Shown: piece after piece, positions 35,141-42,996 of the stretch | Numbering within the stretch: the stretch's first letter is position 1 | Layout: each line of letters begins with the position of its first letter | IMG/VR virus record: IMGVR_UViG_3300045988_086792 | Reading direction: 5' to 3' (one strand) | DNA length: 51,914 bases | From: a virus | The notes under the pieces: model-generated | Database searches by the model: none | Told to the model about the DNA's origin: nothing | The model's input: the letters and a program-made list of their open reading frames with translations, nothing else | Translations under genes and position numbers: made by a program

Positions 35141-35479
35141 ATGACCAAAGAAGAAGCTATCAAGATGTTCCTTGATGATGGAGCGGCTGAACTGTCCGTA
35201 AAAGCTGAACAGGGGGGGCACGTCACGACGGAACTTCGCGGAGAAGTTCATAAACTGGGCTGGATGGTAGCGAAAGCAGCCAACGGGATTTTCTCCGAAA
35301 TCAAAGATGCGCGTATCGTGGAAGCGCTGGACCTTGCGATTACGAAGACCATTCACGAGATGGCGGCGCACCGCATCGCGCAGATCAAGAAAACGGACAC
35401 GCCTTTTGACCTGACTGTGGAGATGAGTGCTGTTCCGTTCAACGTGAACGACATCATTAAAACGATTCTCGGAAAGTAA
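35141..35479 (+). CDS. Hypothetical protein
   Basis: 112 aa from ATG 35141 (35132 is also possible). SD AAAGGA. Confidence 0.5.
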   Translation: MTKEEAIKMFLDDGAAELSVKAEQGGHVTTELRGEVHKLGWMVAKAANGIFSEIKDARIVEALDLAITKTIHEMAAHRIAQIKKTDTPFDLTVEMSAVPFNVNDIIKTILGK

Positions 35480-35490
35480 GGAGAAGCAGT

Positions 35491-35748
35491 ATGGTAAAAG
35501 CGGTAATCCATGTGGAACTCACGGAAGAGAACGGGAAGCAAACCGTCAGCGTCAAGGCTGATGGCGACGGGCTGGACCTGCTGGACATGACGGCTCAGAT
35601 CGCGGCAGACATTATTGCGATGGGCGCGGATGACAAAGACCTCATTGAACGCAGGAAGCAATATTTCTTCTTGGCTACGGAGAACGACCTGAAAAATGAA
35701 AGCAATCTTGGTGACAGACCCGGACTGGTCGAGCCGGACAACAAGTGA
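35491..35748 (+). CDS. Hypothetical acidic protein
   Basis: 85 aa. SD AAGGAGAAG. Confidence 0.5.
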   Translation: MVKAVIHVELTEENGKQTVSVKADGDGLDLLDMTAQIAADIIAMGADDKDLIERRKQYFFLATENDLKNESNLGDRPGLVEPDNK

Positions 35749-36226
35749 TTGGAGCGACTGTGCTGACCGGAATATCTGGGATGACCTGTATGACATGATG
35801 TCTGCGATTCAAGAAAAGTGGAAAACACTTGAAGAGATGCTAAAAGAAATCGCGGAAATTACAGACTGTTCCAAAATCGAAAGTCTTGCCAGACTTTGGG
35901 AAGCGGAAGAAGTAAAGGAAGCAACGAAAAAATTCTTTGAGGAACATCCACTGCTTCTTCGCCGTTGCCGCAGATCGCGAGAAGTTCGGTGCAGGGTGCG
36001 GCTGAACACAACACCACTTGGTACAGCAACCTACTTATACAAAGCAAAAGAAATGAAGAACCTCGCAAGAAGCACTAAGACCAATACCGCCCGCAAGGGC
36101 AGTATAAAGAGTGAACAGTGCAAACACACGTTCGAGATAACCAAAGCGCACTGTGCGCCGTGCGCTGGTTATAACGCGAACTGCAAGGACTACGAAAAAC
36201 GAAATGCTGCTGATACAAAATTGTAG
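35696..36226 (+). CDS. Hypothetical protein (start uncertain)
   Basis: 176 aa ORF overlapping the upstream gene by 53 nt. ATG 35795 is an alternative start. C-terminal Cys cluster CKHT...CAPCAGYNANC. Confidence 0.45.
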   Translation: MKAILVTDPDWSSRTTSDWSDCADRNIWDDLYDMMSAIQEKWKTLEEMLKEIAEITDCSKIESLARLWEAEEVKEATKKFFEEHPLLLRRCRRSREVRCRVRLNTTPLGTATYLYKAKEMKNLARSTKTNTARKGSIKSEQCKHTFEITKAHCAPCAGYNANCKDYEKRNAADTKL

Positions 36227-36237
36227 TTCTTGAAGAA

Positions 36238-36299
36238 GCCGCCCGGTAGAAAATCGGCGGACAAGCGTTGTCTTGTGTTGTAACCGGGCGGTTTTATAT
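36238..36299 (+). terminator. Terminator-like long hairpin plus TTTTATAT
   Basis: CCGCCCGGT (36239-47) pairs with ACCGGGCGG (36283-91), followed by TTTTATAT. Confidence 0.5.
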
Positions 36300-36368
36300 G
36301 GCGCGGGGCGGATGGACTACTGGTAACGGTCCGCTCGCCGGAAGCGGGGTCAAACCCCGTCCGTGCCG
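36300..36368 (+). ncRNA. tRNA-like minihelix A
   Basis: GGCGCGG pairs with CCGTGCC (one G-U). T-arm-like GCGGG-GTCAAAC-CCCGT. Internal stem GCGGA/TCCGC. No D-arm or anticodon-arm geometry. Confidence 0.35.
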
Positions 36369-36622
36369 CTTGTTGCATGGGCATCATGGAAGCTGGTGCG
36401 GTTTTGCGTATATTTTACGCACCAACAGGGCGAAAGAGTGCCGTATGGCAGCGCTCCTCCTAACGCCGCAAGCCGGTGGAAAACCGTGCTGCTCCTAGCC
36501 AAGTCGCACCCAACATGACGGCAACGGAAGCCGAAAGGGTGCGCCGCCGCGTGAGCGAAGAAACGCCTTGTCCAACTCGCCCAAGACAAAGGCGAGAGGT
36601 CTGGTTTGGTAGACTGGACCGC

Positions 36623-36657
36623 CCGCCGCGTTACTCTCTGACGCGGCGGCTTTATAT
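36623..36657 (+). terminator. Terminator-like hairpin plus CTTTATAT
   Basis: CCGCCGCG-(11 nt)-CGCGGCGG followed by CTTTATAT. Confidence 0.5.
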
Positions 36658-36731
36658 GCGGGTGCATAAGGCTGTTGCCTGTCTATGATTCCCCATCAAC
36701 AGGCAAGCCGGTTCGATACCGGCCACCCGTG
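36658..36731 (+). ncRNA. tRNA-like minihelix C
   Basis: 73 nt plus a discriminator. GCGGGTG pairs with CACCCGT. Perfect T-arm GCCGG-TTCGATA-CCGGC. An 8-bp hairpin TTGCCTGT/ACAGGCAA replaces the anticodon arm. Confidence 0.45.
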
Positions 36732-36757
36732 CAAGAAAATAAAAAGGAGACGGAAAA

Positions 36758-37081
36758 ATGATTGCTCCGATGCCAGAAGAATTTCAGGAAAGAAATGACA
36801 TTGCCTTCATCGTCACCGCAGCAAAATACGCTCCCGTTGAATGCACATGGGGCTTTATAAGGGCACACCATGCGGAGCTTTCGAATGACTGTTTAGAGTC
36901 ACTTGCAGGAATATTTAACGGAAAGGCTGAAATGCCAGATGCAAAATATTACCCGCTGGCGGAGCAGGGTTCTTGGAAGTACGAAGAAACTCTGCGTCTT
37001 ATAGAAGAAAAGAAAAACTGGCTCTTCATGGCAAAGAACATAAGGGAACTCTTGGAAAAAAGACGAAAGGCTGGGAAATAA
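36758..37081 (+). CDS. Hypothetical protein
   Basis: 107 aa. SD AAAAGGAGA. Confidence 0.55.
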   Translation: MIAPMPEEFQERNDIAFIVTAAKYAPVECTWGFIRAHHAELSNDCLESLAGIFNGKAEMPDAKYYPLAEQGSWKYEETLRLIEEKKNWLFMAKNIRELLEKRRKAGK

Positions 37082-37083
37082 AT

Positions 37084-38711
37084 GTGATTCACCTTGGAGA
37101 TATTACGAAAATCTGCGGCGACCAGATAGAACCGGTGAATTGCATCACATTCGGAAGCCCTTGCCAAGACCTTTCCATTGCTGGCCGCAGAGCTGGTCTT
37201 GCAGGTGAACGGTCGGGACTTTTCATGGAAGCGATTCGGATCATAAAAGAAATGAGGGCAAAAACGAATGGAATGTATCCAACTTTCGCTATTTGGGAGA
37301 ATGTCCCCGGAGCTTTCAGCTCTAACAGCGGAGAAGATTTCCGCGCAGTGCTGGAAGAACTTGCCCGCGTGGAACAACCAGACGCTTCAATTCCTCGACT
37401 TGCGGGGGGGGGCAGCGTTGGAAACGAGCAGGGACAATCATCGGAGACGGATGGAGTTTGGCTTGGCGACAGATTGATGCTCAATATTGGGGAGTCCCCC
37501 AGCGCCGCAAAAGAATCGCTCTTGTCGTGGATTTTGCAGGTGGACGCGCCGGAGAAATATTATTTGAGCGCGAGAGCCTGCCGGGGCATCCTGACCAGAG
37601 CATCCCGACGTGGAAAGAAGCTGCCGAAACTGCTGGAAACTGCGTTGCTGGAAATGATCGAGTGGTGGGAGAACGAAGTTTCTGCATCAGCGGAAACACC
37701 GTTGACCGAACCACAAACCAAAATGGAACAGGCGTGAAAGAAAATGCTGCTTTTACGGTGAATACGGTTGACCGTCATGCGGTGGCCTACACGTTGAAAA
37801 TCCGTTCGGGGTGCGCCGGAGGCGGAAAGGGCGCATTGGTGCAGACAGAAAAAGTCGGGACGCTATCGACACTCCAAGATCAGACTCTTTTTCAACCGGT
37901 CGTTTTTGACGCACGGGGCAACGGAGATGGGAAGATAGCTCCGACCATTACCGGGGACCATGAAAGCAGAATCACGGATTACACCGCCGTTGCAGTTGAT
38001 TTGTATAACGGCGCTGTGACTGGCGACAAAACTGCATCCATTACTTGCAGGAGCATCGGGTCACATTCTGGGCCGCAGGTGGTGGAGCAAAAAACTTTTG
38101 CAGAACAATCATACAGCAGTTTCAAAATGGAAGAAACGAGCGGAACAATCAAAGGCTGCGGTGGAGGCACTGGATATAGTGGAGAATGCTTAATTGCAGA
38201 AAAGAATTGCCTGACTCCGTGGGATTCGCAAGGACGAAGAGTCTATGACGAAAACGGAAAATTTCCATCTCTTCAGGCACGAGAAAAAGCCGGGGGAAAT
38301 CAGCAAACAGTGTTGACAGAAATAGCGCCGATGGAGAAGATGATTCGATGGATCGTGCGCAGGTTGACCCCGACAGAATGTGAACGTCTGCAAGGATACC
38401 CGGATGGCTGGACGGACATCGGAGAATGGACGGACACCAAAGGGAAAAGGCATAAACCAGCAGACACTCCGCGCTATAAGGCGCTGGGCAACAGCATTGC
38501 GCTTCCGCAATGGTTCTGGATTGCCCAGAAAATGAAACAATATCTTCCAGCAGGTGCAACGCTGGGCAGTCTGTTTGACGGCATCGGCGGTTTTCCTCTA
38601 GTGTGGGAGACTACATACGGGAAAGGGACTGCCCGGTGGGCATCGGAAATCGAAGAATTTCCTATTGCCGTGACAAAGAAATGGTTTGCAGATGAGGAAT
38701 CGTTGAAATGA
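37084..38711 (+). CDS. DNA (cytosine-5) methyltransferase, circularly permuted motif order, out of frame at a G9 tract
   Basis: The first frame has GSPCQ (IV) and WENVPG (VI). After G9 the 37458 frame has AQYWGVPQRRKR (VIII), RRLTPTECERLQGYPDGW (IX), YKALGNS (X), then SLFDGIGGF (I) and WASEIEEF (II) at the C-terminus. One extra G gives a single frame of about 540 codons. The start is uncertain (GTG 37084 or ATG 36973). Confidence 0.75.
37404..37412 (+). repeat. Poly-G tract (G9) inside the C5-methyltransferase gene
   Basis: CTTGC-GGGGGGGGG-CAGC. The frame changes exactly here. G10 or G7 would be in frame. Confidence 0.9.
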
Positions 38712-39244
38712 GAAAAAATGTACTGCCGAAAGTATCAGTGACTTTGAGCTGCATTGCCCTTGGACTGGCGATTTTTAACGGAGCCGCCAAAGATACACGG
38801 ATTCAGCAGCTCGAACAGGACCGGGATATTTACAAGAGCCGATTCCAGAATTGGTCGGAACGTGCAATGCAGGACGAAGAAACGATAGAACGTCTCCAAG
38901 AAGAAGTTCTGCCGGAGGGGATGACTGCTGAGTATGCGGGAGAATTTCTCTGCACGTCGTATTGCACGGAGAAATATCCGCATATCTGCGGAACTGGAAC
39001 CGGAATTACAGCCAGCGGCGTTCCGGTAACGGCAGACCTGACGGTGGCGGCAGATCAAGGCGTGTTCCCGTTTGGAACGATTCTGTATATTGAGGGCATC
39101 GGCATTCGGGTGGTTCAAGACCGGGGCGCAGATATTCAAGGACGGCACCTTGACGTTGCAGTTGCCGGAACACATGAGGATGCACTGAACTGGGATGGTT
39201 ATGGAGAACATCGGGTGTGGATTGTTAAAGAGGAAAACAAATGA
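38708..39244 (+). CDS. Membrane-anchored 3D-domain protein (cell-wall hydrolase-like)
   Basis: N-terminal TM, a coiled coil, then TSYCTE...GTGTGITASGVPV...TVAADQGVFPFGTILYIEG...VQDRGADIQG..LDV is a 3D/MltA-like barrel pattern. Confidence 0.6.
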   Translation: MRKNVLPKVSVTLSCIALGLAIFNGAAKDTRIQQLEQDRDIYKSRFQNWSERAMQDEETIERLQEEVLPEGMTAEYAGEFLCTSYCTEKYPHICGTGTGITASGVPVTADLTVAADQGVFPFGTILYIEGIGIRVVQDRGADIQGRHLDVAVAGTHEDALNWDGYGEHRVWIVKEENK

Positions 39245-39543
39245 GCACTTTTGATAAAATGCTGGAAGATATTCTTGCCCAATACCGGCGCATAGGGTTT
39301 CAGACACAAGTTTGGAGACAAAAAGAGAATGAGGAAGTATTTGTAACGCTGAGACTGGGACGGGTTAAAGCCAGTATGATAATTTCCATGAATGAACAGG
39401 AAAATTTTCACAGGCTATGTGATTCGCAGAGTCAAAAAGAATGGTTGGAAAGTATGACAAAGCAGCTTGAATGCAAGATTACAGAGTATTATGCAAGTAG
39501 CGTGGAGATACGCTATGCGAGAATGCAGGAGGATGGAGAATGA
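39241..39543 (+). CDS. Hypothetical protein
   Basis: 100 aa with coupled start and stop. Confidence 0.5.
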   Translation: MSTFDKMLEDILAQYRRIGFQTQVWRQKENEEVFVTLRLGRVKASMIISMNEQENFHRLCDSQSQKEWLESMTKQLECKITEYYASSVEIRYARMQEDGE

Positions 39544-40104
39544 AATTGCCCGACAAGAAATATTCCGTGATCTACGCCGATCCACCGTGGAGCTACCGCC
39601 AGCATGGAACCGGGCCGAAAAGTCGGGGGAATGCGGCACAGCACTATCACACGATGACGACAGAAGACATCTGCGCGCTACCCATTCGCCAGCTTGCGGG
39701 GGGGGGGGCAAGGATGTGTGCTGTTCATGTGGGCGACATTTCCGCAAGTGGCCGATGCGCTCCGAGTTATGGAAGCGTGGGGCTTTACATACAAAACAGC
39801 GGCTTTCGTCTGGGTGAAGAAAAACCGGAAAAGCAACACTCCATTTTGGGGTATGGGCGCATATACCAGAGCAAACGCGGAAATCTGCTTACTTGGTGTG
39901 ACACCGGATTTCAGACCGGCAGCGCAGATCAAGAGCCATGCAGTGCATCAAATTATCGAAGCACCAATTATGGCTCATAGCGTAAAGCCAGATGAAACCC
40001 GCCGCAGGATTGTTCAGCTACTTGGAGATGTTCCCAGAATAGAGCTGTTTGCTCGTCAATGTGTGCCCGGATGGGATGCTTGGGGCGACGAGATAACAGA
40101 GTGA
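39540..40104 (+). CDS. N6-adenine DNA methyltransferase, MT-A70-like, out of frame at a G10 tract
   Basis: YSVIYADPPWSY (DPPW) lies before the tract. CVLFMWATFPQVADALRVMEAWGFTYKTAAFVWVK follows it in the +1 frame. Removing one G gives a single frame of about 187 codons. Confidence 0.75.
39698..39707 (+). repeat. Poly-G tract (G10) inside the MT-A70-like methyltransferase gene
   Basis: CTTGC-GGGGGGGGGG-CAAGG, the same flanks as the G9 tract. G9 would be in frame. Confidence 0.9.
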
Positions 40105-40116
40105 ATCTAGCAAAGA

Positions 40117-40145
40117 GCCGCCCGCGCGGCGGTTTCTTTTTATAT
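40117..40145 (+). terminator. Terminator after the MT-A70-like gene
   Basis: GCCGC-CCGC-GCGGC(GG) followed by TTTCTTTTTATAT. Confidence 0.55.
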
Positions 40146-40187
40146 GAGCATGGGGCAGGCCCCGCCCGGTTCAAGTCCGGAGATGCT
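40146..40187 (+). ncRNA. tRNA-like minihelix D (shortest copy)
   Basis: AGCAT pairs with ATGCT. Hairpin GGGG-CAGG-CCCC. T-arm CCGG-TTCAAGT-CCGG. Confidence 0.35.
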
Positions 40188-40219
40188 AAACGAAAAATAA
40201 AGGAAAGCGGTGAAATAAA

Positions 40220-40366
40220 ATGGAAGCTCAAATTGTAGAGACAATTATGATGTGGGTTGGTGCGGCGTATTTGATATGTGTCGCGGTGGCGCTGGTTATC
40301 CTTGTGTTCGGAATGGTAATCGGTGCTATTGCGGAAAGCGTGGAAAATCTTAGGAAGCAGTGGTGA
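40220..40366 (+). CDS. Small membrane protein
   Basis: 48 aa: MEAQIVETIMMWVGAAYLICVAVALVILVFGMVIGAIAESVENLRKQW. Its stop abuts the next start. Confidence 0.45.
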   Translation: MEAQIVETIMMWVGAAYLICVAVALVILVFGMVIGAIAESVENLRKQW

Positions 40367-40558
40367 ATGATGGACAAATACGACGTGACGCTCTATGGCG
40401 TGGACTCCTACACCGAGTATCCAGTAGCACTTACTTACAGACTTGAAGCAGAAAGCGTGGGAATAGCAGTTGATCTTGCGCGACTGGCTGCAACCGGAAG
40501 CTATCCGGAGTTTACGGAAGACTATGGCCTTTATAAAGAAAGGATGGGAGAAAAATGA
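40367..40558 (+). CDS. Hypothetical protein
   Basis: 63 aa, coupled to its neighbours. Confidence 0.45.
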   Translation: MMDKYDVTLYGVDSYTEYPVALTYRLEAESVGIAVDLARLAATGSYPEFTEDYGLYKERMGEK

Positions 40559-41136
40559 AACTTTCGGCGTTGGCAGCGCTCATCAAAGACTGTGGCCACT
40601 GCTGCCAGATTACGGCGGCAAATGGGCGGCGATTCATCAGCACCGGCTATGCTGTGTACAACATGGACGGATACCCCAAGGCGAAGAATAAGAATGAACT
40701 GGCCGCAATGCTGAGTATCCCGGAAAAGAAGATGGAGGACATCTACTTTGAAGAGAAAACAGCAGAAAACAATGTTGTCTACGGGGTTTCTCTGGCGGAT
40801 GATCCGGACAACGAAGAACCGGTGGACAAGCTGGGCACTCGAATTGTTGTCAACGGAGAAGAACACATTGCTCTGCGGCATCCCACAGGGACAATCGGTT
40901 TTATTCGCACGGCACAGCTCAAGCCGGTGGAAAGTGAACTGACGAAAGAGTATGCAGCAATCTGCGTGAGATGGGGCGACTGGCGAGACGGTACGCCTGT
41001 CTATGCAATAAAAGACGGGATGTATCTGCGGGCAATCATTCTTCCGGCAAAGCTGGGCAGCGCAACAGCGGATGATTTGAACGAAATTCTTGCCAATATG
41101 CTGGAAAACCAGCAGAAAACAGCAGATAAGGAGTAA
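40555..41136 (+). CDS. Hypothetical protein
   Basis: 193 aa with ordinary composition. Confidence 0.55.
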   Translation: MKLSALAALIKDCGHCCQITAANGRRFISTGYAVYNMDGYPKAKNKNELAAMLSIPEKKMEDIYFEEKTAENNVVYGVSLADDPDNEEPVDKLGTRIVVNGEEHIALRHPTGTIGFIRTAQLKPVESELTKEYAAICVRWGDWRDGTPVYAIKDGMYLRAIILPAKLGSATADDLNEILANMLENQQKTADKE

Positions 41137-41139
41137 ATC

Positions 41140-41478
41140 ATGGATGTTGTGATGAATGATGTTCGGCTGCTGGTCAAAAAAGAACTGGCAGCGGCGAACA
41201 AAAAGTTTCCGATGTTTGCCAGTGCCCACGAGGGCTGGGCGGTGATCCGGGAAGAGCTGCAAGAAGTGAAAGACGACCACTATATGCTGGAACAGTATCT
41301 CGAAAATCGTCTTTGGAATGAAGTTCGGTACAACAACGAAATTCCGAAAGAGGATTTGAAAGAAGCGCAGCATTGGGCTGTTCACATGGCGGTTGAAGCA
41401 ATCCAGACGGCGGCGATGATCTGCAAACTGGAACGGAGCCAGAGGCGTTGGAAAAGAAAGGCTGGAAAATCGGCATGA
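41140..41478 (+). CDS. Hypothetical helical protein (weak MazG-like NTP-pyrophosphohydrolase resemblance)
   Basis: 112 aa. FASAHEGWAVIREELQEVKDD resembles MazG-type helix motifs. The resemblance is weak. Confidence 0.4.
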   Translation: MDVVMNDVRLLVKKELAAANKKFPMFASAHEGWAVIREELQEVKDDHYMLEQYLENRLWNEVRYNNEIPKEDLKEAQHWAVHMAVEAIQTAAMICKLERSQRRWKRKAGKSA

Positions 41479-41858
41479 TTTTGGAAAAAGAAACCATCGA
41501 AAAGGCCGTCAACTGGTGGGCGGAAAAAGTGACTGCCAACCAGCCGCACAGTAATGGAGATAATAGTAATACGTCCATTGTGGTGCGCCTCTTCATAGAC
41601 TCGATGTCGAAGAAAATATCCGAGGAACAAGTTGAAGTCTTCAAAAAAGAACTGGCAATGAGGATTGAGGAAGAAGCAAAGGCGTGGACAAAAATCTCCG
41701 TTGGGTGCGATTACTGGCCGTGCATAATGCTGGAACAGGCTGCCCTTGAAGCGGGCATTCCGGCTGCAAATTTCCCATTCAAGACATGGATGTACATTTC
41801 AGAAAAAGACGGCATAGTGGTGCGCGACGGATACGGAGCGCCGCCTGTAAGAATTTGA
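41475..41858 (+). CDS. Hypothetical protein
   Basis: 127 aa from ATG 41475 (ATGA overlap). Confidence 0.5.
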   Translation: MILEKETIEKAVNWWAEKVTANQPHSNGDNSNTSIVVRLFIDSMSKKISEEQVEVFKKELAMRIEEEAKAWTKISVGCDYWPCIMLEQAALEAGIPAANFPFKTWMYISEKDGIVVRDGYGAPPVRI

Positions 41859-41867
41859 GGTGACAGC

Positions 41868-42347
41868 ATGAGCAAGAAAAAAGACACCCCGGCGGAAGTC
41901 GAAACCGTTACGGTAACGATGAGCCGCCCGGTGGCGGAAGCTGTGCAGGCTGCTTGCGAGATGTATTTACGCCTACACATGGGCCAGTTCAATGATCTGG
42001 CGGAAGACCTCTGTATGGCGAAGCACTATGCCGATATGGGTGCGAAGCGATTCAAAAATGCAGAGGCCCAAAAAGAGGATTTTTACCGGGCGTTGGAAAA
42101 TCGGAACATGATGCAGGATGATATGGATAGAGCCTATCAGATGTTTGCCTGTCACCCGCTCATCGAAGACGGTATGAGGGTTCCGTATCGCGCAGAAACG
42201 GTCTGGCTGGGCATCCGTCATGCGCTGGCGTGGCACGATAAGCCGGAGGGTGACTGGACAAATGTAAGGTTTGACCCGCCGCTCAATCGTTCCGACCAGC
42301 CGCAGCCGGTGGTGAAACTCTATGAAAAACAGGAGGAAAAGAAATGA
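41868..42347 (+). CDS. Hypothetical protein
   Basis: 159 aa. Confidence 0.55.
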   Translation: MSKKKDTPAEVETVTVTMSRPVAEAVQAACEMYLRLHMGQFNDLAEDLCMAKHYADMGAKRFKNAEAQKEDFYRALENRNMMQDDMDRAYQMFACHPLIEDGMRVPYRAETVWLGIRHALAWHDKPEGDWTNVRFDPPLNRSDQPQPVVKLYEKQEEKK

Positions 42348-42586
42348 GAAGAATTTTTATGGTGGGTGTATCTGCGGTGGCAAGCATTCTGCTGATGGCA
42401 GGATGCAACAAGCAGGTGATTGATCTGACCTACGAATATTCGCAGGCGCAAATCAAAATGCCGGATGGCACTGTCATTGAGGGAAAAGTGGACAGTTGGA
42501 ATGATTACGAGGGCGACCAGTTACAGGTCAAAATTAACGGAACAACATATCTGGTCCATTCGTCAAACGTGATCCTCTGGCACTGA
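42344..42586 (+). CDS. Small lipoprotein
   Basis: 80 aa. Lipobox ILLMAGC|NK. Confidence 0.55.
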   Translation: MRRIFMVGVSAVASILLMAGCNKQVIDLTYEYSQAQIKMPDGTVIEGKVDSWNDYEGDQLQVKINGTTYLVHSSNVILWH

Positions 42587-42623
42587 GCAAAAGCGGAGTC
42601 CGACGGAAAGGAGCATCCAGAGA

Positions 42624-42839
42624 ATGAGGAAGAACGGTGCAATGTTCATCTGTAACCGATGCAGGAAACAGACGTTTGCAGAACGATTTGACGACGGAGT
42701 GTTTGACAAAGACGCTTTGCAGGGCTGGGCGCTTGACCATGAAGACGTTTGGGATGTTGGTGATTTGTGCCCGGAATGTTTCAAAAAATATCGTGATGTA
42801 ATGGACGAGTTCTGGGAAAGGAAGAATTACTGTGGCTAA
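42624..42839 (+). CDS. Zinc-ribbon protein
   Basis: 71 aa. CNRC...CPEC. Confidence 0.5.
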   Translation: MRKNGAMFICNRCRKQTFAERFDDGVFDKDALQGWALDHEDVWDVGDLCPECFKKYRDVMDEFWERKNYCG

Positions 42840-42996
42840 AGAAATCTGCGAAAGGTGCGGTAAGGTCTTTGAAGCCGGCCCGAACTCCTACTACTGCAAA
42901 AAATGCAGGAGTGCAATTTTAAGCGCGGCGGCAAAGAAGAGAAATCTAAATGCGCTGGGATTGGCAGCCAGAAAGAAAAAGCAGCATGAAATCTGA
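42832..42996 (+). CDS. Small zinc-ribbon protein (GTG start)
   Basis: 54 aa: VAKEICERCGKVFEAGPNSYYCKKCRSAIL... Overlaps the upstream stop. Below the ORF-track cutoff. Confidence 0.4.
   Translation: MAKEICERCGKVFEAGPNSYYCKKCRSAILSAAAKKRNLNALGLAARKKKQHEI

Noticed and set aside
36298-36498. ATG within the TTTATATG boxes as start codons of small ORFs (67 aa at 36298; 10 and 18 codons at 36656 and 40144).
   Set aside because: None has an SD and the peptides are not similar to one another. TTTATAT is better explained as the U-tract of the preceding hairpin.
36300-36731. Canonical tRNA genes at the T-loop-containing elements A and C.
   Set aside because: The acceptor and T arms fold, but no D-arm or 5-bp/7-nt anticodon arm can be drawn. 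Element A has a 17-nt loop. Element C has an 8-bp stem with a 16-nt loop. They are reported as tRNA-like ncRNA candidates only.
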